64,000 bases of DNA, taken from the NCBI RefSeq assembly GCF_006345805.1, contig NW_021825323.1:1054001-1118000 (forward strand). Direction: 5' to 3'. Both the position numbers and the translations under genes were made by a program. Shown piece by piece: positions 1 through 11,084 of this stretch (the stretch's first letter is position 1; every line of letters begins with the position of its first letter). This stretch comes from Octopus sinensis. Lineage: Eukaryota. The notes below the pieces were generated by a model. It was not told the DNA's origin and made no database searches. It saw nothing but the letters and a program-made list of their open reading frames with translations.

Positions 1-510
1 TTTCGCAACACCAGTGTCTGGATGTATGCCTTCACCATGTCCTCCACGCCAAGCACCGCCAGATGTTTTTTGAAGTATTTTGACACTATTCTGTCCCAGG
101 TCATGACGACAGGGACGATCTTCCCAGTTCATTTGCCAGCAAGTCGTATTTGTGGAACTTTTCCACTTCGACCTGCTTGAGAAAATTCTGTGAAGTGATC
201 CCCATCTCGATAAGAGTAATTGTGTTGCTAGATTTATCATGAACAAATATTTCTGGCTTGTTATTCGGGATAGCATTATCAGTCGGAAGGTTTGTATCGA
301 CTCGAATTTGATAAATTCATTGGTGGAACAGATTGGACTGAATGGGTTTTTAATTTTTCGACTTTTTAATTCCATATTGGCGACATAGATTTAAATGCAA
401 CGATTTGACCACTTCGTTATGGCGTCTAAGTTTTCATAGATATTCAAGTTGAATTTTCACCAGGTCTGATATTTTCAAATCATTCACATTTTCATTGTAT
501 TTTCGGGACA
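1..510 (-). mobile_element. Degenerate RLE-type (R4/Dong-like) non-LTR retrotransposon, 3' part
   Basis: Minus strand reads LRRHNEVVKSLHLNLCRQYG, then after frameshifts NKPEIFVHDKSSNTITLIEMGITSQNFLKQVEVEKFHKYDLLANELG. This is the RHN motif plus a PD-(D/E)xK-type endonuclease region. Runs off the window start. Confidence 0.7.
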
Positions 511-1749
511 AGAATTCTGCGATAGTGGCCATTTAAAGGGTCTAAGAACAATTTTAATTATTCCAAAAATGTAAATATTTTTATGAAGTTTAATCTCAGT
601 TTCATACAATTTCTGGAAATATCAAGTATGAAATATCGGTTGTTTTTGTCGAGATATACTCAAAAACCTTTGCCGTTACTTTAATGAACTTTTCTGCGAT
701 GACTTTGTGAACAACTTTTCGTTCCACAGCAGAATAAAAACATAAAACTATCTCTTTTCCTGAGTCCTTGTTTGTTATCTTTGCTTTTGAAACCAACGGT
801 CCTATCAAGAAACGTGTAAATTCATTTTTTCTGAGATCGGGGCACGGATCTTTAAGAAAGCCAAGCTAATTCTGTTAATAATAAACGAGTGATCATCTAT
901 TAAGAAAAAAATCTGTCGGAATAGGCATTTCGGAGTACGCTAATATAAATTTGTGCTATTTTATTTCGAGTAAAGATGAATTTACAAATAAAAAATAGTC
1001 TTAAGTTTTAATAAATGGCCCTAATAACGGGTCACCAACATATTCAACAAACCACTTACTATTCATAGATGTTTTAAAATTCTTACGAGGAAATTCCTTA
1101 AAATACACGAAAGAGGTCGATTTGTCTTTTAAAATGGCTGGGCTTAATAGAAATGTGAAAAGACATGCCCGACTTGGCCACAAAAGGCAAAGGCCATTAA
1201 ATTTCGCGGCAAAGACGGGAACAAACATCTGAACAGGTTTGAAAAAAGATAGCTGTATTCTGAAAGACGACATTATGAAATTAATAACTGAAGAGATGAC
1301 TCAGAGGATTAATAATCGTACAAGAACAAGGTTAAAAATCCTTTTAACCGCATAATTTATTTGAAGTCGGGAAATAAAAGAGAATTCATTTACCAAGGTG
1401 TCAACTTTGAAATAGACTTGTGTCCATCTCACTTAAAACTAAAAGATTCCCTTTTCAATTTCTTAAATATTTTTAAAATAAATCATATTATTGCCTAAGA
1501 AAAGATTCTGCGATCCTAAAACAAAGCAAACACATATGGCCACAATTCTAACAATCATCAGCAGGAAACACAAAATCGATTATCCTTCAATCTTTTGTGA
1601 ATTTAGTGAGAGGTTTGATTGGAAAGATTAAAGAAAATTGTTAATACTCAACACTTTTTAACTGTCTAAATGACATGGATATGAACATCCGCGAGTCTTC
1701 CTTGGGGCTTATGCAAGAAAAGAACTTATCTAAGACTAAAGGAATCCCA

Positions 1750-2176
1750 TTTTTTGTTGAAAATAGCTTTTTTGAAAACAGTAGTTAAATTTCAATCATA
1801 GCAACTCCAAATCTATCCATCTGCATCTCTCTCGGCAATACTGGTTAAAAATTAAAGAAACTTAAAAACAATTCTGTTTACAACCTGCTTGCTAATGAAC
1901 TAGCAATTATTTACAATGCCAAGGTAAACATAATGCCTTTGGTGTTAACTTGGGACAGAGCCCTGGAAAGTATAGAACTTGTATACAGAAATTGGTCGAT
2001 TGACAAGCTGTCAACAAATGGAGGTCAACAATTTGATAATGCGAAAAAGACAATTTAACAGAGGGCACTGGGGGAACAATATGAAGTCAATAAGTGACCA
2101 GGAAGACTCTCAAATCTATGTAGAAGTCGTTTCTAGATTTTGTGACAAAAAAGAGGGTGGAGAGTTAATCAAATAG
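1750..2176 (+). mobile_element. Degenerate fragment of the same R4-like RLE retrotransposon family
   Basis: Reads YNLLANELAIIYNAKVNIMPLVLTWD, matching the KYDLLANEL motif of the copy at 1-510; contains stops and frameshifts. Confidence 0.55.
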
Positions 2177-3071
2177 AAAAAGTGCAAATTAAAAATTTTG
2201 TTGAATTTTTACGGATACTTAAAAACTGACTTGGATAATTATATTGTTGAATTATAATTTATTTGCTATAATAATAAAAATAAGTGCAAAAGAGTGATGT
2301 AAATTATTTTTCTTCTTTAAATTGAATGTATAAATTTAGAAATTTTATGATTAAATACAAATCAAAATTCTAATTATAAACAAACAAAATCAATTAATCG
2401 ACAGAAACGTGAATAATTAAAAGACCATCATTGTCTGAATTCTAATATCATTTTCATAAATTATTATTTAAAAATAGATATCAATGTTGTAACACGTTAA
2501 AATAATCTGTTAGTTTTGGTAAATCCAAATAAGCATAACATTGTTTACATTTTGAGAACCAATAAATGCACGTATCAAATATTAAGAATAGGAAGATTGT
2601 GTAATAGTAAATTATTTAAATAATTATACAATCAAAAGTCAATATTATGTCTGCGGTTCAGATTATTAAATTTTTCAAATAACATTTTTTGTAGATAAAA
2701 ACAAAATAAATAATGGATGAAAGTATTATAACATAAAAAAACTTGTAATTTACTGTTAAAACTATTAAATTTCATTAATTAGACCAAAAAACATGATTTT
2801 TAGGAAGAAAATATTTTTTAAACAAAAAAATATATGAAATAAATCTTCTTAATTAAACTGATTTTATTCTATTAAATTATTTTTTTTTAATTATTAATTT
2901 TAGAGCGTATTACCTTATTTTATTAATAAAATATAATAAATCATAGCATAAGCACGCGAGGTTTATGTCTGCTGGTGTGAGCTACGGTTCAAATTCCCAC
3001 AATAACAATGGAGGTTTGGCACATATAAATAGCTAAATAATAATAATTTTACTTAAGATTAAACATATATA

Positions 3072-4962
3072 ATGAATTATAGTTAGCTCAGCTCCTATAA
3101 ACACATTTTCAGCTTCCTCAGAGTGCTTTCTTGAAAGTTTTGGAATCCCTTCATCAATTGCCCAGATTTTTCAACATTTCTACAACAATGGCTCGAATTT
3201 GCTTATATAACCAATTCAGGAAAACTAAAAGAGGATGATTTCGACGACAGAGCCATTGATGCCCTCAAAAGTCTCTCAATACAAGACGCAATCGAAATTT
3301 CCGTCCTTTTCGAGACAACAAACCTCGAACAAATATCCAACAAGAGTGCTCATCTCTGTGGCAGTATTCGCTATGTCCGAGCACGAAGAAAGTCAATGCC
3401 TTATCCCAGTGTCTATCAAGAAGTCCACAAACCTAACCAAGACAGAATAAATGTTTGATTTGGACATTCTAGCATTACTTAGGAAATATTAAATCGAACT
3501 GGCTATCCCTATGAATGCACTTCTGGGCAAAGAAAATATGGCCCCGCCCCAAATGTTGACAAGGCCCCTGTGGCTGATGGACATGAGGTTGATAGACGGA
3601 GTGGACTGTGTGTAGATATACATTGGGTCTGTTCCGTATTCGGTATGTGAGGATGACTTGATACCAATGATGGAGAGATGTGGTACAATTTTCGATCTCA
3701 GAATGATGGTTGATCCTGCCACTGGGAGGAATAAGGGATTCTGTTTTGTCACCTTTATTGAGGATGACGCGGTTAATAAAGCTGTGGAAATGGTTAAATT
3801 GTTTATTGGCATTGGTTTAGTATAATGGATTGGAAATGGTGCCTGGAATGAAAATTAGAGTTAATCCGTCGATTCCTAATTTGAAATTGACTGTTACTAA
3901 TCTCGTTCCAGACAAGACTGTTGAGCAATTAACTGAAGAATTCAATAAATATTTCGGTTTCTGTCAATAATGGGGGATTTTTAGAGGGAATTATACAGAT
4001 TGATGTAACTTCTCCTACCTCATGTCTTATTGTGTTCAACGTACATCGGAATGCTTCGTCTGCTAGAAGAAAGTTATTTTCTGGCAGAGTGCGACCATTT
4101 GACGTGACTGTTAACGTTGATTGGTACATTTCTCCACAAGAAGCTAATGATGAAGCTGTTCTTTCATATTTTTGTTATTTGACAGTTCAAGGCATTGTAT
4201 GTGCGGAATATTGATAAAAATATGAGCGATTCTCAGTACTCGGCCATATTTGGTCGTTATGGGACTATTGTGCGCCTCCACCGGTACACAGAAGCAACAT
4301 TATTTGTGCACTATTCTACACGTAAAAGCGCTGAGGCTGCGGTGACACATTTAAACAAAAAAGTAATTCTGAGTGTTTTAGTTTCCTAGCTGATTGGGAA
4401 ATGCGTCGTCGATGTGTCTTTTGCTCGACCAGCCAAGAAAGATAGGCGAGAACAGCAGAGGAATCAAATTCCTCAGAATACTTATGTGGAAAATCCAATG
4501 CTTTATTCTAATTTTATGCCATTCTTTTATTCGTCGCCTGCTGGTTATAATGCATATGATTATTCTACTTTCCCATGTAAAGTGTAAGCATAAAGATTTA
4601 GATTTGTGTTGTGCTCCTTATGGAGGTGATTTGTGGTTTCCTTATGATCCTTACACATGTGCTGGTGTCCCAACTGTTTCTCAGATCTACCATTGTGATG
4701 TTTGCATTGCAGCCTATTGTCATGGTATTGGTCTGCCTTGTGCACAATCCTTTCAAGGAAATGTTGTTTCGTTTGTTTTAATTGTAGGTCAATGGCGATA
4801 TGATTAATACTGCCGACAATGGAACGTCTAATGGGAATGGAGAGAAAAACGGTGATTATTTTGTGTCATTTTTAGGCGCTAGTGATGTCCATTCGGAGAA
4901 TAATGGTGTCATTATTTGGGATATTTTTAGGAGCCTGCGACAACACGTGTGACGAAAGCTGA
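3072..4962 (+). CDS. SYNCRIP: hnRNP Q/R (SYNCRIP-like) three-RRM RNA-binding protein, multi-exon
   Basis: Spliced reading gives an N-terminal acidic domain (DDFDDRAIDALKSL...NKSAHLCG), the TGYPYECTSGQRKYGP signature, RRM1 with RNP1 KGFCFVTF, RRM2 and RRM3 (KALYVRNI). Introns are 24-31 nt. The start ATG at 3072 is inferred. Confidence 0.9.
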
Positions 4963-5520
4963 TCCATTCATGTGTGCTTAATTAGTTTTCATTAATATTT
5001 AGTCTCAAAAACATTTCAAGTTACTTAAGTAATTTGATTTAATCTTTTTTTATTTGTAGGATTTTAATTGGTTAATCACTTAATTTTGTGCTTCATCACT
5101 TAGCTTTAAGAATTGTTCGATTTCTTGTTTAATTTGTATCAATATGCGACATAATCAATTACAAGTGTCTCATGTGATTATTGGTCACAAATAATTGATT
5201 TTTCGTTATATGCCCGATTTATTCGTTTCTAAGATTAAAATAATTTGTAAATTTTGTCCCCAATGTTTCCTTTTTTAACGTGAAAGATGTGTTTTACCAT
5301 TTTGGCCATTTTTTGTTTACTAAAATCTTACCTTCAACCTGATTTTGAGATAAATTCCAATATCTAGAAAGGAGGTAAGTAAAACAATCGTTTTATTTTT
5401 GTATCTATTTCGGTAGGTTTTAACTGTGATGACTGCACTGGCTTTATGCTTTATACTAAATTTTTTTGTATTATTATTAAAACACTGTCCATAGGAACAT
5501 AATCAAAGTTATAATCCCAC

Positions 5521-6094
5521 AAATGTAACAATTTTCATTTGATAATTTATCATTTGATATTTTCTTCGGCCACGAATAGCCGAGGAGTTTTCTCAGTTGA
5601 CCCCTGTGGAAAGAGTCAAGTTGCTCCATGTTTTTCTTTGATGTTCCCCAAGTACCTGCGTTGTACATGAGGACAGGTCGGACAAATGCATCATATAATC
5701 GTAGACGCATCTTAGTCGAAATTTGTTTAGCTAACTGTGGGCCTATAAGTCTAAATGTACTTGAAACCCGCTGGCGCTTGTTTAGACATATTTTGCGAAT
5801 GAAAAAAGAAACACCTTGCAATATGGTCATGGAAGAATTTTTCGACTATACTGAATACTCTAAATATAGAGGACGCCCAAGAGACTGTCTCCCGGGAATA
5901 CTCACAAAGGAATATGCTATGATCGGAGGCCGATTGATGGATGCAAACGATCTGGACGAAATCAGAAAGAGGGCAAGACGAAGGAAGGGATGGAAGGAAC
6001 TAACAACAAGAATAGTTAAAAACATGGCACAAGCGGAACCATAAACTTTGTTTACTGGCAACGCGAACGTGCATTAACTAACTAAATGTAACAA
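5521..6094 (+). mobile_element. 5'-truncated, 5'-inverted RTE-clade retrotransposon copy with 11-bp TSD
   Basis: About 5532-5735 on the minus strand encodes RLRLYDAFVRPVLMYNAGTWG...WPKKISNDKL. About 5737-6044 on the plus strand continues CGPISLNVLETRWRLFRHILRM...RGRPR. A (TAAC)n tail follows. AAATGTAACAA occurs at 5521-5531 and 6084-6094. Confidence 0.85.
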
Positions 6095-7449
6095 GCGAGC
6101 AAATCTTCTGAACCATCCTAGTCCACCCTCCTCAAGGGAGGTCCATGTCGTTTTCGTTTTGTAATTTTTTACCAACGAAGCTGAGATTCTTTTCCAAAAC
6201 TTCCGTGAGGGTAGAGTTCAGTTTTCCATGATATTTACACCATACTACATGAAATATTCGTCAGTACAGGAATAGCGGAAGTGGCAGGGCTCAGCCTTAA
6301 GATGTGCTCGAATAGTTTCCCGCGACCTACCACAATTTTTGCAAATAGCGGTTTAGCGTTGTAGTATTTGAGAGTGTCTGATTATTGATTTTAGATGGCC
6401 AATGAAATGCGTGTAGAAGGCGCAGCTGCTTGCGGTGAAGGTGGTGACGTATCTCAATTGCACTATGTCTGAAATACAAGCAAAGCAATTCTGTAATAAA
6501 AAAGTTAGTTTTTGGAAATATGAGAAGAAATGAATAGTCATAATTAAAACAAAGTTGTCTTTCTGTTCACGATAAGTTTTAATAAAAGGAATGTAAAAAA
6601 TGCAACTTTTTAAATTTAAATTTATGGTTGTTCAGCGTCTGTTCCTCGTTTTACTCACATGGATAGCTTCTTTTTTGAGATATTACCACAACCATTTTAT
6701 TTGTTTAATATAGCTCGCCAGAATTAGACGTGTTTTGTAAAATAGTCGTTGGTATCCACTTTACATTTGTATTTGTTCGAAAATTACCATTTTGTTAAAA
6801 CTATATTTGATTAAAAATCACAATTGTGTAAAAGTAATTTCTTTTGCTCAATGTATCATTTATTTGATTTCGAATTAAATCACCCGGATCACAAAAGCAT
6901 CTAATGTTGATATAAAAGACATTCTAAAACCCAGATTGTTTTAATTATCCACTTCTCTTTAACTCCATTTATTGCTTTGGTTTCGATTTGTTTATAATTT
7001 AATCAGTGGTTAGATAAATATTGTTGGTATCTAAATTGTTTCGATTTTCAAATTTATTGATCATACTGGCATTTTTTAAAAATTAGTCTATTATACTACA
7101 AAGTTTTAGTAACCTCCCACATAAATTTATAATCTAGCACTTATCAGATTTAAACTTTACTTTACAGAGAAATTTTACATAGCTAATTTAGTTTTTGCTT
7201 CATACAATAAATTTAGTCGTAAAAATAGTTAGCCGTGTCTATTAGTTTGTTATTCATGTAATTCTGTAAAATATACAAAGTTCATTAAATCTTATGATTT
7301 GTTGCTGTTGAATGATATGTTGGAGAAGCAGTTATTCGAAATTAGAAATATAATAGATAATAAATTTTTCAAACGAAATTATTGAGGCTAATTTGACCTA
7401 TTTGACCTATTAATAAAAAATTCTGATTAACATAGCATACCATTAACAA

Positions 7450-7830
7450 AGTTTTTGAAAGGTAGTAATGGTGTAGTTCTACTTGAACCTTGCGCTTTCG
7501 TAACCATGTTGTTGGCAGATCGTTAACTGAAACAGACGACAGCATTTTTCTCCTCTTAATGTCTTCGCTATTTCCTATGAGTATTCCAACTTTTTTTGAG
7601 TTTCGCCATATTTTGTCTTTGTTTGCCTTCCGTTTGATTGTTACATACTCAGTTTTTTCCATGTTCATTTGAAGAATTATTTTCCAGTACAGTAGGAGAT
7701 GAACAAAAACTTGACATCGTCGGCATATATCACTTCAGTAGACTCTGTCTTCATTAGTTTTCTCAAATCTCTTAGTGCCGTTTCAAGATAGACAACGAAT
7801 AGTACAGGCGATATTGAATCATCTTGGGGC
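7450..7830 (-). mobile_element. RTE-clade reverse transcriptase fragment
   Basis: Reads PQDDSISPVLFVVYLETALRD...VIYADDV, then MNMEKTEYVTIKRK...KKVGILIGNSEDIKRRK; frameshifted. Confidence 0.75.
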
Positions 7831-8049
7831 GTTTAATATTTGTTTTTAAGGACCTTGATTTTACGAGCCAGATCTTCTTCACAAAACCGAGAAGCACTTT
7901 TATGCCAATTAACTGTTTTTCTTATAAATCTGTCTATTTCTTCAAAACTATTTGGTTTTAGGTCCCCATGGCCGACATATGGTGATAGGGAATAATCATT
8001 GATTACTTTTTCACCGTGTTTAGTCTTGTTTTAATAGTCTCTTGATTCG

Positions 8050-8390
8050 TTGGATGATTTCCTCATAGTATTTTTAATACTTCTTTATTTACTACTTCAT
8101 TTTTACATGTTTTCCACCAAAAATATATGTCGCTGGTTACCCACCCAATCAAGAAAATTCTCTCAATAAAGAAAAGTTTGTTGCTACATTTTTTGGGTTT
8201 TTCTATTTCTGAAAAGTTTAACAAATCCAAATCTTCTGTCATTATAGTGAACATTCTCTTTTTTTGCAAGAAGATTTAAGTGATCAATAAAGAGAAAATG
8301 ATTTATTTTTAAAATAGAACCTCCGTGACTAATATTAATTGATAAATTAGGATAATTTGAACTCAGAACAAAATTTTTCACACAACAGAA
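8050..8390 (-). mobile_element. Degenerate non-LTR RT fragment (probably R4-like family)
   Basis: KINHFLFIDHLNLLAK resembles the INHLLFMDDLKL catalytic motif, here decayed. Confidence 0.4.
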
Positions 8391-8617
8391 TCATACAAAC
8401 AATGTACCCAATAAATGACTAAATCCGTTATTGGTCAGGTCTAAACCACAATTGCCTAATTTTTTGGTAGCTTATGATCTTAAGTTTTATATTGAACTTA
8501 TAGTTGAACTAAAAAATTATAATTTGTAACGTTTTAGAAACTCAGGAGTCGAGTTTAATAGGATTTTAAAAATTGTCGAAATAACAAATCAAAAGAAATC
8601 ATATTATTAGAAAGATA

Positions 8618-10763
8618 TTAATTATCTGATAGATTAGAATCCGTTGATATTCTGCTTCTTTTTATAAGCGTTGGGTCTGATATTTTATATCTCGGGAGAT
8701 TAGATTTTATATCATGATTTTCCAATATTACAGTATTCGGATTATTTTTTGCATTATTTTGCTGTTTGCTAGATTCACTTCGCACACGGTGAGAAAAATT
8801 GAGTGTGGCCAAGGAGTCAAATACGTTTTGTTCATCAGAAATTATATGTGCCAGTAGGATTACCTGACTTCCTCCTATTATAAATGCACAAACATTTTAA
8901 CATACTCAAAATACTATGCAGTTTTTGAGTTAATTTAGAATTTCTGTGAAGGGAGTAAGTATAGTTATTTTTTAGTGCGTAAAGAACTTCTTGAAGACTT
9001 GTAAGCGATTTATTTATTATTTGAGCTTCTTTTAAATGAATCCCGTCAGCTTTAGTACGAGCAACGCGTTCTGAACTTGCTAAATCTACCAAATAGAGAC
9101 TTCCTAAAAAAGATAATTTTTTTAAATTTAACCAAATTTCTGCATGTTATTTTGTAAGCTAATTTCGTATATGCAATGTGATCGTGATGAAGCATATGTT
9201 GTTCTCAGAGTTGTCCGTCTCCCCGAAGCCATATTTATGTACTAATAAATAAAACAATTATTATATACTTGTTTGGCTTCATCAAATGATGAAATCAGTT
9301 TTCGCGTCATATCTGAAATGCAAGATTCATTTTTATTAATTTTAGGTTTACAGTTATTATTTGTGTTTAATAAATCACTATTTAAAGTCTATTCACAAAA
9401 TACTTTAATTTATCATTATAAACTTCGATGACAGTCAAGTAGCAATCTACTTTATTGAGATCAAGCAAGTAATCCATCATCAGATGAATAAGACCAAAGT
9501 TTGTATCATTTCCCTAATTGTTTGTTTAAAAAATTTAAAACTTCAATTGTATGAGTTTTTCCTGACGAGCTCTGACCATAAGATATAATGCATGTTGAAT
9601 ATCCATCCAAACATAATTTCATCATGGGCTTAATGGCATCAAAAGTCTAAAATGTTGATTTTTAACAGTCACTTCTATTTGTGTATATGTTGGTCCAATG
9701 TAGTGATCGCAAAAATATTTGTGCTTTTTATTCTCGTTGGTTTTAATGGTCAAATTGATCATTTTTGATCCATAACTAACACTCATTACTGTGGGGTTTT
9801 TTGACGGACATTCTCTGCACCAGATAAGCACATTTCCTAATAAAATTATGATAAAAATATAATAAACCGTTTTCCTTGAACTTTTCAATGCATTTATAAC
9901 GAACAAGAGTCTCAGAAAATTTTTCACCTTCATTTTTTCCTAATTTCTCATACTAGAAATGAAATCTGGACATATCAAACTGTTTTTGTAACATATATAT
10001 TCATGTATCGGCATAACTCAGAGAAATAATCCTTTAGCTTTAATTGGTCAGATTTTAATTTTTTTAAATCCGTCGAAAATCCCGAAAGTTGGGAAATTTC
10101 TAAACAAATTGATAATTGACTAATTAAGAAACTTTGAATAGTTTTTTCACATTCTTGAATGTTTATAGAAGTCATAGTTTCAGAATAGTTGGAATCTTTA
10201 TTCTGTTTCTCGTTAAAAGAAGATAAAATATTATAATTTTCTTGATTCACTTCTAAATCTTGAAACACTAAAATGAACTTTATTTGAAAAAATTACTCTG
10301 TTTGAGTTTATTTTCAAGTTTTTCGATGATTTTTTCTTTCTCTTCTTTTTCTTTCTGAATTTTTAAACTAATTTCTTCGCTCTGTCGAATTATTGTATAA
10401 AATAACTTTTTGAAGTCTACACTCTAAGTCAAATTTTTTTTTAGTCAGTGTATCGACAAATGTTTCAAGAATTTGAATTTCGTTATTTTTTTCACAATTT
10501 AAGCTTTCGATAATATCATTTTGTTCTTCAATTTTTGCCTCAAGTTTTTTTTCCTTTTAATATTTGACATAAAAATTTACATATGTGCTGGCTGAGGATT
10601 TTCCATCAAAAGATGCATGCAACAACTCTCGAAGTCGACTGAACTGAGTTTCCAAGTAAATTCTTCTGTTTTCCCGAGCATCGGATTGAGTGCAAGATTG
10701 GGAAGAAAATAAATCAGAGTTTTCTAATATTGAATTCACTGATTTGTTAGTTTTACTAGTCAT
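8618..10763 (-). CDS. Kinesin-14 family (C-terminal motor, KIFC/Ncd-like), divergent
   Basis: N-terminal coiled coil, then neck GNVLIWCRECP, P-loop YGQSSSGKT, EVYND, SSRSH, LVDLASSER, EAQIINKSLTSL, RNSKLT and SLATLNFSHRV. Micro-introns are present. The start is uncertain. Confidence 0.85.
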
Positions 10764-11084
10764 TGGAATTCGATTAATTTAACGATAATTTATTTCTTAA
10801 TCGAAAGTATCTTAGCGTATTGGCAACAATAGTTCAAATATAGACTCAATCAATATAATTGATTTTGTCAAAAATCATCTCAGCAGGACAAAAGATCTGG
10901 AAAAGTACATATTGACGGCTTCCTGCGCTCTAAAAAATTTATATAAAAATATTATATGAATTAATATTTTATTAATGATGAATTCATAGTATATCGCTTT
11001 GATTTTTTTATAATATTTTAATTTATATATATATTATATTAAATATAATTAATTACCAAATAAAATAATTGCACAGTTGTTGTA

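Noticed and set aside
602-1273. Possible BEL/Pao integrase remnant (IGPLVSK...CFYSAVERKVVH)
   Set aside because: Only a loose resemblance to DFAGPL...CLFTC.TRAVH; no catalytic residues or LTRs could be confirmed.
2945-3000. tRNA or Pol III-like element upstream of SYNCRIP (GGTTCAAATTCC plus an 8-bp hairpin)
   Set aside because: No acceptor stem, D-arm/A-box or paired T-stem could be folded; probably promoter or 5' UTR sequence.
6100-6350. HDV-like ribozyme candidate (CCCTCCTCAAGGGAGG)
   Set aside because: The nested double pseudoknot cannot be built. The minus strand reads WTSLEEGGLGW, so it is more likely a decayed RT coding fragment.
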